Shown here: positions 9,888 through 19,275 of the stretch, one piece after another
Layout: each line of letters begins with the position of its first letter
How positions within the stretch are numbered: position 1 is the stretch's first letter
NCBI GenBank assembly: GCA_023664955.1
Contig: JAMPEV010000001.1
Coordinates: 1,360,188 to 1,424,187 of the forward strand
DNA: 64,000 bases
Origin: Duncaniella sp.
GTDB taxonomy: Bacteria; Bacteroidota; Bacteroidia; Bacteroidales; Muribaculaceae
Direction of reading: 5' to 3'
The notes under the pieces: model-generated
Told to the model about the DNA's origin: nothing
Seen by the model: only the letters and a program-made list of their open reading frames with translations
The model's database searches: none
Made by a program: the position numbers and the translations under genes

Positions 9888-10496
9888 ATGAAAGCATTTA
9901 AAACAATCCTTGTAGTCCTAATCCTGATGATTGGAGCATCTGCAAACCAGGCCAATGCGCAGTTTAAAATCGGACCACGTGTCGGTCTGACTGTTAATGA
10001 CCTACACTTCAACCGAGATGTGATAGACTCAGACAATCAGACTGGATGGACTGCCGGTCTAACCACCGAATTTACCGTGCCTGTAATCGGTCTTGGCTTT
10101 GACCTCTCAGCAATGTATGTGCGTCGCAACACACGATTCTTAGCTGAAAACAACCTGCGCAAGGATAATCGTGACTATATTGAAATCCCCCTAAATCTCA
10201 AATACAAGTTGTCACTTCCGATTATAAGCAAGGTGCTCATCCCCTACGTGGCAGCGGGTCCAAGCGTGTCATTCCTCACAAGTAGACGGCACATAGACCA
10301 GGCTTACAAAAACAAGTCAGTAGATTGGGCATTCAACGTCGGGTTTGGAGTACAACTGCTTAGCCATCTCGATGTCAACGCCCGCTACGGATTCGGAATG
10401 ACAAAAGCCGTCAAAGCCGTGACCTCCAACAACAGCAATGCCGGTATCGACGCTAAGAATCGATATTGGACAATTTCACTCGCCTATCTATTCTGA
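9888..10496 (+). CDS. Outer-membrane beta-barrel (porin family) protein
   Basis: Signal peptide, G.R.GL, YIEIPLNLKY, ARYGFG and a terminal aromatic ISLAYLF BAM signal. Confidence 0.88.
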   Translation: MKAFKTILVVLILMIGASANQANAQFKIGPRVGLTVNDLHFNRDVIDSDNQTGWTAGLTTEFTVPVIGLGFDLSAMYVRRNTRFLAENNLRKDNRDYIEIPLNLKYKLSLPIISKVLIPYVAAGPSVSFLTSRRHIDQAYKNKSVDWAFNVGFGVQLLSHLDVNARYGFGMTKAVKAVTSNNSNAGIDAKNRYWTISLAYLF

Positions 10497-10513
10497 AATT
10501 AGCATACATTAAT

Positions 10514-10557
10514 AAATAGTAAGAGCCTCTTGGAAATTCAAGAGGCTCTTACTATTT
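10514..10557. terminator. Bidirectional intrinsic terminator between the porin gene and rpmH
   Basis: 19-bp perfect inverted repeat AAATAGTAAGAGCCTCTTG / CAAGAGGCTCTTACTATTT between convergent genes. Confidence 0.85.
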
Positions 10558-10574
10558 CTATAGGAAAATAGTTA

Positions 10575-10730
10575 TTACTTTCCTGCGATAGAGTCAGATA
10601 CAGTAAGGCGAGCGCGACCTTTGGCACGACGACGTGCTAACACTTTGCGTCCATCGGGGGTAGCCATACGAGCACGGAAACCGTGCTTATTAACTCTCTT
10701 TCTGTTAGAAGGTTGGAATGTTCTTTTCAT
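10575..10730 (-). CDS. rpmH: 50S ribosomal protein L34
   Basis: Not in the ORF track. Manual translation [51 protein letters not shown]. Confidence 0.97.
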   Translation of the reverse strand: MKRTFQPSNRKRVNKHGFRARMATPDGRKVLARRRAKGRARLTVSDSIAGK

Positions 10731-10819
10731 TGCCGTATATGTTTATTTTTTGTTATTCCGCATTTTGAGGTGCAAATTTAATCATTATTTTCCATATCGG
10801 CAAAATATTTTCACATTTT

Positions 10820-11323
10820 CTAACATATTTCTTTTTTAATCTCGTCGCACCAGGCCTTAATTCTGCCGTCGGTTTCATCGGGATGGTTAACCTCGTCGAT
10901 GCAAAGTCCCACAATCAACCCTTCCACATCGCTGTCGGAATGAGAGTAATCGTAACCCGCATTATTAAAGGGCGCAATAAACATGGGGTGAGCATCGTGT
11001 AGACGATGATAAATCTCCCCTACCGAGTTGCAAAATGTCTGGCTCATGGAGTCATCGCCGCAACCAAAAATTGCAATTTCTTTATCTTTCAGGTCAATAG
11101 CCCGGACGCCATCAAGGAAAGTCGCCATATCTTCCTGTAAATCTCCATCGCCCCAAGTACTTGCACCGAGAATCAGCACATCGTAATCTCCCACCTTCGA
11201 AGGTGCTACTGAAGCTACATTAAGGACATCCTTGTTATCAACGCCAAGCTGCTTAGCAATCTTTTCAGCTATCTCCTTAGTGGTTCCTGTTGTAGAACCA
11301 TAGAATACACCTATCTTTTTCAT
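10820..11323 (-). CDS. fldA: Long-chain flavodoxin
   Basis: MKKIGVFYGSTTGTT, LGASTWGDG and FGCGD motifs. Start set to the ATG at 11323. Confidence 0.92.
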   Translation of the reverse strand: MKKIGVFYGSTTGTTKEIAEKIAKQLGVDNKDVLNVASVAPSKVGDYDVLILGASTWGDGDLQEDMATFLDGVRAIDLKDKEIAIFGCGDDSMSQTFCNSVGEIYHRLHDAHPMFIAPFNNAGYDYSHSDSDVEGLIVGLCIDEVNHPDETDGRIKAWCDEIKKEIC

Positions 11324-11743
11324 ATTCAATGATATTTTATATTCCTTACAACATTCTACCATCTAACATGGTTCACCACAATAGAATAAGAAACTTTTTA
11401 ATCGTCATTCCTCAACCTTTTCCCATTGTGGATTGTTCTAATGTCAGAGAAGGCATTTTGCTGACGTTATTAAAAAGTCAAATTTCAAAATATCCGATAA
11501 CCTTCTCAGCCCCCCAAGGGTCAGGCGTTCCTGACTTTTGGGTGGCTCTTTTTATGGGGTAACTCATAATTCTTGCAATTGAGAATTGAGAACTAACACA
11601 CGAACCCGCTAAATTGATTTATTGTTTTTTTCAAATGATGGTCATAAAATTTACAATAATCTCATAGGCATATGTAAAGTTTTTTTTGTAATTTTGCTTC
11701 CTAATCATATCACTTAGTAAAATTACGCACACATAATTCCATA

Positions 11744-14701
11744 ATGCCAACTTCCTACTCACCCATTGACGAGTCATCTTATTCTGATGGTTCTATGTTT
11801 GACGCAGAGGCTATCCTCAACCAACGGCAACGACCTGACTATGCCGCAACTCCTTCTGACGAATCGGCGCCGGCGACACAACCATTGCCACAACAGACAG
11901 GACAGCAAGAGGCAGCGATCCCGGTAGGCGTACGAGGACAAGCCACAACTGCGACATCCGCGAAGGCCTCGGCAACCGCAATAAATGCACCTAAGCAGAA
12001 AAAAGGCACTGTGTCTAAATCGTTGACAATATTACGTGATTCCAGAACCGCCATGTTCATCGGCTTGATACTGGTTGCGTTTGCGGCTTACACCTTGCTT
12101 GTTTCCATCTCTTATTTTGCCACCATCGGCAATGACCAAAGCGCATTGCTTAACGACGAGCTCGCTCCGGAAATGATAAAAAATGCCGGTGGACCGTTCG
12201 GAGCATGGATAGCCCACAATATAATCCATAATTGGCTTGGCATTGGCTCGTTTATCCTGATTTACTACATGGCAGTTTGCGGTCTGTCACTTTTGAACGT
12301 ATACAGACCTAAATTTTGGTCACTGACACTCAACTGTCTTCTCACAGCTATATCAATATCCGTGGTGAGCGGTCTTATCACCTACGAAATGTCGTCACCT
12401 ATTTATTGGGGCGGGCGTCACGGTCATTTTCTGAATGAACGTCTTATTTTATTCACCGGCATATGGGGTGCGTTAGGTGTGAGCATTGTCATGGTAGGCA
12501 TGGTTATAATCCTGTACCTCACCAAATTAAAAGCAGCTTTTGGCTTCATGAACAAAAAGTACAGCGCATATAAGGAACGTCAAGCGATTCGACGTGCGGA
12601 GCGTGAACGCATCGAAGCCGAAGAGGAGGAAAAGCGCGCCGCTGAACAAGCACGCATGGAAGCAGAACAGGCTCAAGCCGCTGAACAAGCTCGCATGAAG
12701 GCAGAGCAAGCACGTGCCGCTGAACAAGCTCGCATGGAAGCAGAACAAACACGTGCCGCTGAACAAGCTCGCATGGAAGCAGAGCAAACACGTGCCGCTG
12801 AGCAAGTACACGTGGAAGCAGAACAAGCTCAAGCCGCTGAGCAAGTACCCGTGGAAGCAGAACAAGCTCAAGCCGCAGAACAAGCTCGCATGGATGCAGA
12901 ACAAGCTCAAGCATCTGGGGTTCAATCTCCCATAGCTGAAATGCAGATGAATAATGACAGTCACGAAACTGCCATTGAGTCAACCCGGGAAATGATTGAA
13001 AACACTACACCTATAAGCCAAAATCTTGATACCGAGAATATCTCAGAAGTAATTCGAACTACTGTTGATAACATCACCACTGAAGAGCCTGTTGACGACC
13101 TACCTCCGCTTTTCATCAATAATCCGGTAAAACCGACAATCCAGGTCGAAACAGCTGCGGAAGCTGAAAACGATAAAACTGAGAAGAGCGCAGAAGACTT
13201 TCCTTCAGAACTATACGACCCACGTGCCGAACTCTCACATTATCAGTTTCCGGATGTAGACCTTCTCAAAGACACGGAAGACAAAGGAATAAGCGTTGAT
13301 GTTCAGGAGATGGATTTCAACAAACGACGCATCACAGAGACACTACGTCATTACGGTGTGGAGATATCTCATATAGAAGCCACAATCGGTCCGACAGTCA
13401 CACTTTACGAAATCGTGCCTGCCGAAGGCGTGCGCACTCGCTCAGTTAAAAGCTTGGGCGATGACCTCCAGCTTTCACTCGCCGCTTTAGGAGTGCGTAT
13501 TATCGCCCCAATTCCCGCAAAAGGAACAATTGGTATCGAGGTACCAAACAAAGATCCCCAGGTGGTGTCAATGCGTTCCGTATTAGAAAGTGAAGTGTTC
13601 CAAAACTCCAAAATGGAACTCCCGATGGCATTAGGCCGCACAATATCCAACGAGATATTCATGTATGACCTTGCCAAACTCCCCCACCTTCTCGTAGCCG
13701 GAGCTACCGGTATGGGTAAGTCAGTGGGTCTCAATGCGATAATCGCCTCCCTACTTTATAAAAAGCACCCATCAGAATTGAAGTTCGTGCTTATTGACCC
13801 AAAGCGTGTGGAGCTAAGCCTTTATCGCAAGCTCGAACGTCATTATTTAGCAGCACTTCCCGGTGAAGATCCGATCATTACCGATATGACAAAGGTAGTG
13901 GCAGTGCTCAACTCCCTATGCGTGGAGATGGACAACAGATTGACCCTCCTTGAGCAAGCCGGAGTAAGGAACATCAAAGAGTACAACGAGAAATTCAAGG
14001 CGCGCCGGCTCAATCCTGAGAAACACCATTTTCTCCCCTATATCGTGCTTGTTATCGATGAGTTTGCCGACCTCATTATCCGTCAGGGCAAAGAGATTGA
14101 AAACCCGGTATCACGATTGGCAGCTGTGGCACGTGCAGCTGGTATTCACTTGATTATCGCCACTCAGCGACCTACTGTTAATGTCATCACAGGCGGTATC
14201 AAATTGAATATACCCGGTCGAATAGCCTTCCGTGTTATCCAGGGTAATGATTCGCGCACAATTCTTGACCAGTTGGGTGCTAATCAGTTGATTGGACGCG
14301 GTGATATGCTTTTCGCCATTAATGGTAAATTGGAGCGTGTGCAGTGCGCATTCATTGACACACCGGAAGTTAGCAATATATGTGACAAAATCGCCTCGCA
14401 AGTGGGCTACTCACAACCCTACGAGCTACCGGAATATGTGGTTGAAGGTGAAGGGGGTACATTCTCAGGTAATATCGGTGACCGAGACCCCTTGTTTGAC
14501 GAAGCTGCCCGTTATGTTGTTTCATCCGACACAGCGTCTACCTCCTCACTTCAACGCAGATACTCAATTGGTTACAACCGAGCCGGTAAAATCATGGATC
14601 AAATGGAAGCAGCCGGTATAGTAGGGCCCTCACAAGGAGGCAAACCCCGCCAGGTACTAGTGGATATCATTATGCTTGAATCAATCCTTGACAACGCCTA
14701 A
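11744..14701 (+). CDS. ftsK: DNA translocase FtsK
   Basis: N-terminal TM domain, PHLLVAGATGMGKS, VIDEFADL, ATQRP and gamma domain LQRRYSIGYNRAGKIMD. Confidence 0.96.
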   Translation: MPTSYSPIDESSYSDGSMFDAEAILNQRQRPDYAATPSDESAPATQPLPQQTGQQEAAIPVGVRGQATTATSAKASATAINAPKQKKGTVSKSLTILRDSRTAMFIGLILVAFAAYTLLVSISYFATIGNDQSALLNDELAPEMIKNAGGPFGAWIAHNIIHNWLGIGSFILIYYMAVCGLSLLNVYRPKFWSLTLNCLLTAISISVVSGLITYEMSSPIYWGGRHGHFLNERLILFTGIWGALGVSIVMVGMVIILYLTKLKAAFGFMNKKYSAYKERQAIRRAERERIEAEEEEKRAAEQARMEAEQAQAAEQARMKAEQARAAEQARMEAEQTRAAEQARMEAEQTRAAEQVHVEAEQAQAAEQVPVEAEQAQAAEQARMDAEQAQASGVQSPIAEMQMNNDSHETAIESTREMIENTTPISQNLDTENISEVIRTTVDNITTEEPVDDLPPLFINNPVKPTIQVETAAEAENDKTEKSAEDFPSELYDPRAELSHYQFPDVDLLKDTEDKGISVDVQEMDFNKRRITETLRHYGVEISHIEATIGPTVTLYEIVPAEGVRTRSVKSLGDDLQLSLAALGVRIIAPIPAKGTIGIEVPNKDPQVVSMRSVLESEVFQNSKMELPMALGRTISNEIFMYDLAKLPHLLVAGATGMGKSVGLNAIIASLLYKKHPSELKFVLIDPKRVELSLYRKLERHYLAALPGEDPIITDMTKVVAVLNSLCVEMDNRLTLLEQAGVRNIKEYNEKFKARRLNPEKHHFLPYIVLVIDEFADLIIRQGKEIENPVSRLAAVARAAGIHLIIATQRPTVNVITGGIKLNIPGRIAFRVIQGNDSRTILDQLGANQLIGRGDMLFAINGKLERVQCAFIDTPEVSNICDKIASQVGYSQPYELPEYVVEGEGGTFSGNIGDRDPLFDEAARYVVSSDTASTSSLQRRYSIGYNRAGKIMDQMEAAGIVGPSQGGKPRQVLVDIIMLESILDNA
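12638..12910 (+). repeat. 7 x 39-bp in-frame tandem repeat in the ftsK linker (AAEQARMEAEQAQ)
   Basis: Units begin at 12638, 12677, 12716, 12755, 12794, 12833 and 12872. Consensus GCCGCTGAACAAGCTCGCATGGAAGCAGAACAAGCTCAA. Confidence 0.93.
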
Positions 14702-14735
14702 TCTACATTGGGTCAACGTCAAATCTAACGAAGAA

Positions 14736-15359
14736 ATGACAATGAAACGAATCATCAAAATAATTTTCCTATTTACACTTGTGACATTCAATGTCAATGT
14801 TTCAGTTGCTCAATCGGCTTCTGACATTCTCAGCCAATGCGCCAATAAAATCAAGGGTGCCAAATCGTTAGTAGCATCCTATACCATCAGTGCTGACGGT
14901 CAGTCACAGTCAGGGATTATGACTATTTCCGGAGATCGTTTCACCATATCATCCCCTCAGATGGTGTCTTGGTTTGACGGTAAAACCCAGTGGACTTACA
15001 CCTCCCATACCGGCGAAGTGAACATCACAGAACCGACAGCGGAAGAACTTCAGCAAATTAATCCCTTCGCCATCATTCGCTCATTCAGCAGCAGCTACAA
15101 ATCCCAACTTCTGAAAAGCGCAACCGGTGTCAAAAAAATACGTCTAACCGCTTTGTCGCCAAAAAGCGACATAAAAGGTGTCGTTTTGTCAATCAGCGAT
15201 AAAACACTATTCCCCACGCATATTGATTTGACTCTAAGCAACAATCAGAGCGTTTCAATCGTTATATCAAGAGTGGAGGTCGGCGGCTCATTGCCGGTGT
15301 CGCATTTCAGATTTAATGCAAAAAAATATCCCGGAGTGAGCGTAGTTGATCTTCGTTGA
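14736..15359 (+). CDS. LolA-like outer-membrane lipoprotein carrier
   Basis: Signal peptide, WFDGKTQW...EVNITEP...INP, C-terminal VVDLR, and its position between ftsK and trxB. Confidence 0.85.
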   Translation: MTMKRIIKIIFLFTLVTFNVNVSVAQSASDILSQCANKIKGAKSLVASYTISADGQSQSGIMTISGDRFTISSPQMVSWFDGKTQWTYTSHTGEVNITEPTAEELQQINPFAIIRSFSSSYKSQLLKSATGVKKIRLTALSPKSDIKGVVLSISDKTLFPTHIDLTLSNNQSVSIVISRVEVGGSLPVSHFRFNAKKYPGVSVVDLR

Positions 15360-15456
15360 TGGCAATATAGGCATTATATGAGCAAATATAATCATACTAT
15401 ATTGATTATCAAATAAAAAAAGCTCATGAAAATATAAATAAAATATAATCATCAAT

Positions 15457-16398
15457 ATGGCAGAAATGAAAACTCGTTGCCTTATCATAGGCTCAGGTCC
15501 AGCTGGATACACAGCGGCGATTTATACTTCGCGCGCAGGTTTTTCTCCCCTTGTAATTGAAGGATACCAGCCAGGCGGTCAACTAACTACGACTACTGAA
15601 GTCGAGAATTTCCCAGGCTATCCCCAGGGAGTTACCGGCACACAGCTAATGGCCGACCTTCGCACACAGGCTCAGAAATTCGGAGCTGATGTTCGTCCAG
15701 GATATGTAAAGAAAGTTGACTTCTCCAACCGTCCTTTCAAGGTGGAGACTGACTTCGACTTGAATATTGAAGCAGAGTCAATCATCATTGCCACAGGGGC
15801 ATCCGCTAAATATCTCGGGCTTGAGGATGAAGTGAAATATAACGGACTCGGGGTTTCAGCATGTGCCACATGCGACGGCTTCTTCTATCGTGGGAAGCGG
15901 GTCGCAGTGGTAGGCGGCGGCGATACAGCCTGCGAGGAAGCACTTTATCTGAGCAATCTTGCATCTGACGTATTCCTTATAGTCCGTAAGCCTTATCTCC
16001 GAGCCTCCAAAGTGATGCAACAGCGAGTCCTTGAAAAGGGTAATATAAAGGTGCTTTTCAACACCGTCACAGTAGGTCTCTATGGCAAAGAATATCTTGA
16101 AGGTGCGCATCTCGTTGAAAATAGTGGCACTGACATAGAACAGAAAATTGACATTGCCATTGACGGCTTCTTCCTTGCCATAGGCCACAATCCCAACACT
16201 GAGCCGTTCCGTCCCGAAATTGAATGTGACGAGGCCGGTTATATCAAAGTTGCGCCTAATGGGACAGCCACAAACGTGCCTGGAGTATTTGCTGCAGGTG
16301 ATGTTGCTGACACCACTTACCGTCAAGCGATTACAGCCGCCGGGATGGGCTGCAAAGCCGCAATTGATGTCGAAAAGTTCCTGTTAGGACAAGCATAA
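15457..16398 (+). CDS. trxB: Thioredoxin-disulfide reductase
   Basis: IIGSGPAGYTAA, GGQLTTTTEVENFPG, CATCDG, GGGDTA and FAAGDV. Confidence 0.97.
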   Translation: MAEMKTRCLIIGSGPAGYTAAIYTSRAGFSPLVIEGYQPGGQLTTTTEVENFPGYPQGVTGTQLMADLRTQAQKFGADVRPGYVKKVDFSNRPFKVETDFDLNIEAESIIIATGASAKYLGLEDEVKYNGLGVSACATCDGFFYRGKRVAVVGGGDTACEEALYLSNLASDVFLIVRKPYLRASKVMQQRVLEKGNIKVLFNTVTVGLYGKEYLEGAHLVENSGTDIEQKIDIAIDGFFLAIGHNPNTEPFRPEIECDEAGYIKVAPNGTATNVPGVFAAGDVADTTYRQAITAAGMGCKAAIDVEKFLLGQA

Positions 16399-16961
16399 TG
16401 CTCGCTTCACCCCCACTACTATCTAATCAACGCATTCTCCTCCGTGCTCCAGAGCCTGTGGATGTTGATATTCTCTACAAATGGGAAAATGACACTACGC
16501 TTTGGAACGCGGGGGTGACATATGCGCCATTGTCCCGCAAACAGTTGTGGGACTATATTAATAATTATGACGGAAATATTTTTGAGACAAAACAACTTCG
16601 TTTTGTGATTGACCTTAAGCAGGTAATGAATACTGACGGCTCACGACATCTGTTTCCGACCTCTATAGGCACTGTTGACCTCTTTGATTTTGATGCTGTA
16701 AATTCACGGTGTGGAATCGGCATCTTAATAGCCAATGAATACCGTGGACAGGGTTATGGACTTGATGTACTGAATATTGTGATGGAATACTGCCGCAAAA
16801 AGTTGACACTACACCAGCTATACTGCACGATTGCTGAGGATAATATCGCAAGCCGCAGATTATTTGAAAAAGCGGGATTCCAGACCTCCGGACGGTTAAA
16901 ATCATGGCTTAGGACACCACCGACATATACATCAGCTTACATACTCCAAAAATTCTTATAA
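16398..16961 (+). CDS. GNAT N-acetyltransferase (RimJ/SpeG-like)
   Basis: LRAPEP.D, KWEND, YRGQGYG and NIASRRLFEKAGF. Confidence 0.88.
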   Translation: MLASPPLLSNQRILLRAPEPVDVDILYKWENDTTLWNAGVTYAPLSRKQLWDYINNYDGNIFETKQLRFVIDLKQVMNTDGSRHLFPTSIGTVDLFDFDAVNSRCGIGILIANEYRGQGYGLDVLNIVMEYCRKKLTLHQLYCTIAEDNIASRRLFEKAGFQTSGRLKSWLRTPPTYTSAYILQKFL

Positions 16962-17121
16962 TCATCTAACTCGCAATTATATATGTATAACTCGTCTGAT
17001 GGCCTAAACAAGTAGCAATATAATATTGAGGAGCAATTAATAATAAGAATTTAGATACCAGTCGTTTATAATTTTCAGCAACCAGTATCAATAACTTTAA
17101 ACCGAATCAGGGAATTAAGCA

Positions 17122-17751
17122 TCAGTTTCTCTTAATGGAATCAGAGAAAAGAGTGCGGTTTATAAGCGAACGTCCGAGAGTAATCTCATCAGTATATTCA
17201 ATTTCATTACCCACCGACACGCCCCGCGCCAATTGGGTTATTTTCACATCAGTATAGGCAGCCAGTCGGCGGTAGAGGTAGAAATTTGTGGTTTCCCCCT
17301 CCATAGTAGCACTAAGTGCCAATATCACTTCCTTAACACCACCACGTGCCACGCGATTTACAAGCGAGTCAATCTCCAGCTGGTCAGGACCGACTCCATC
17401 CATCGGAGAAATAACACCTCCAAGGACGTGATAAACGCCTGAAAATTGTCCGGTATTCTCAAAGATCATCACATCCTTAACACTCTCCACCACACAAACG
17501 GTTGAGCGATCACGTCGCTCATTGGCACAAATCGGACACACCTCTGTCTCAGAGATATTGTGGCACACCGAGCAATATCGTATCCCCCTGCGCATATTTA
17601 TAATTGCCTCTCCAAGAGCAACGCCGGAGTGTTCATCGCATCGAAGAATATGCAAAGCAAGCCGTAAAGCTGTTTTACGCCCGATTCCGGGAAGTCGAGA
17701 CAGCTCTGTCACCGCGCCCTCGAGTAGTTTTGAAGCAAATTCCTGTTGCAT
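17122..17751 (-). CDS. recR: Recombination mediator RecR
   Basis: [13 protein letters not shown]4 zinc finger, YHVLGG.ISP and Toprim EGETT. Confidence 0.97.
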   Translation of the reverse strand: MQQEFASKLLEGAVTELSRLPGIGRKTALRLALHILRCDEHSGVALGEAIINMRRGIRYCSVCHNISETEVCPICANERRDRSTVCVVESVKDVMIFENTGQFSGVYHVLGGVISPMDGVGPDQLEIDSLVNRVARGGVKEVILALSATMEGETTNFYLYRRLAAYTDVKITQLARGVSVGNEIEYTDEITLGRSLINRTLFSDSIKRN

Positions 17752-17780
17752 AATCTATGGAGAAGGTTATTAGAGAATAT

Positions 17781-19238
17781 TTAGAAGGACCGTTCTCGCC
17801 GCGATGCATCAATACGTAACAGTATGAACAGCAAGAAAGTGAATCCCCAAAGCGAAGAGCCGCCATAGCTAAAAAATGGGAGGGGTATGCCTATGACAGG
17901 ACACAGCCCTATCACCATACCTATATTAATCGAAATATGGAAAATCAGATAACTTGCCACACAATAGGCATATACACGACCAAATACTGTGGGTTGTCGC
18001 TCGGCAATAGTGATAATACGTAGTATGAGAATAAGAAAAAGCAGCAACACTCCGGCAGCCCCAATGAATCCTTCTTCCTCACCAATGGTGCAGTATATGA
18101 AGTCAGTATGCTGTTCAGGGACATATTTCAACTTCGTTTGAGTACCGTTAAGGAAGCCTTTTCCAAACATTCCACCCGAGCCGATGGCAATCTTTGACTG
18201 GTTTACATTATATCCTGCGCCTCGCAAATCCTCCTCAATACCCAGCGCAACTTTGATTCGCAGCTGTTGATGTGGTTTAAGGATTGTAAACGCATAGTCC
18301 ACTGAAAACAGGAACGCTATCGAGACCACCGCAGCACATACAGTGATAATCAGATTACGGGCCCTGGTCTTAAACATCAAAAGTATGCAGTATACGAGCG
18401 AGACACCAATTGCAAACAGGAAATATGCCATGCCCGGAACAGGTATATCTGCGATAGTGAGTCCTGCCACAATCAATCCCGTGACAAGATACCAAAGAAA
18501 CACATTTCTCGCCGCCTCAAAATGCTTGCAATATATAGCAAGCATAGCCACTATTAGTAGCATAATCATCATGAACACAGCAGCTTGTCCTAAAGGAATA
18601 CCTAATAGCAATGTACCAGTGAATTTCACTTCCACCACGAAAAACACCACAGCACACAATGCAGCCAATAGCACCAAACCACTCATCCCCTCGCGGTATA
18701 AGACGAAGAATAGCGAAAGGTATACGAGAGCGGAACCAGTCTCCTTTTGTCCCAATATCAATATTACCGGCAAGAAGATTATCAATAAAGCCCTGACATA
18801 GTTTTTCTTCGAAGCATTCAGCACAAAGTTATAGCTTGAAAATAGTTTAGCAAGGCATAACGCCGTGGCAAACTTGCCAAATTCAGCCGGTTGCAAGCTC
18901 ATCGGACCAAGCACAAGCCATGAGCGTGACCCCTTAATGTCGGGAGCAATGAAAATCGTTACTACCAGCAAGAGCAGTATTGCTATGTATATGACGTAGG
19001 CATAATTTTCATAAACTCTCACATCGATGAGAAGAATCACAAGTCCTAATGCAAGCGAGAGTCCTATCCATCGAAATTGCTTGCCGGAAAACTCCGTGAA
19101 ACTCAACATATTGGCATGGTCAAAATCATAGCTGGCAGCATAGATGCTTACCATCCCTGCCATAACTAAAAGTATGTATATGATCACTGTAAACCAGTCG
19201 ACATACTTCAGTACTGATGTATTTTGTTCCTTTTCCAC
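17781..19238 (-). CDS. rodA: Rod shape-determining SEDS protein RodA
   Basis: GSRSW, QPAEF.K, GYNVNQSKIAIGSGG, PEQHTDFI and LPFFSYGGSS. GTG start. Confidence 0.96.
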   Translation of the reverse strand: MEKEQNTSVLKYVDWFTVIIYILLVMAGMVSIYAASYDFDHANMLSFTEFSGKQFRWIGLSLALGLVILLIDVRVYENYAYVIYIAILLLLVVTIFIAPDIKGSRSWLVLGPMSLQPAEFGKFATALCLAKLFSSYNFVLNASKKNYVRALLIIFLPVILILGQKETGSALVYLSLFFVLYREGMSGLVLLAALCAVVFFVVEVKFTGTLLLGIPLGQAAVFMMIMLLIVAMLAIYCKHFEAARNVFLWYLVTGLIVAGLTIADIPVPGMAYFLFAIGVSLVYCILLMFKTRARNLIITVCAAVVSIAFLFSVDYAFTILKPHQQLRIKVALGIEEDLRGAGYNVNQSKIAIGSGGMFGKGFLNGTQTKLKYVPEQHTDFIYCTIGEEEGFIGAAGVLLLFLILILRIITIAERQPTVFGRVYAYCVASYLIFHISINIGMVIGLCPVIGIPLPFFSYGGSSLWGFTFLLFILLRIDASRRERSF

Positions 19239-19275
19239 TTACCTAACTTTTATGCCATCAGTTTATACTCTTTCA

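Noticed and set aside
11440-11560. TPP/FMN riboswitch or SRP RNA upstream of flavodoxin
   Set aside because: GCTGAGA (minus) and GGTCAGG (plus) are present, but the remaining conserved cores (CCTGAT..AATGC..CGTAGG, the FMN core, AGGAAGCAG) are missing.
12527-12983. Repetitive Cys/Leu-rich ORFs on the minus strand, and a possible CRISPR
   Set aside because: These are alternative frames of the 39-bp ftsK coding repeat. The units are contiguous with no spacers, so it is not a CRISPR.
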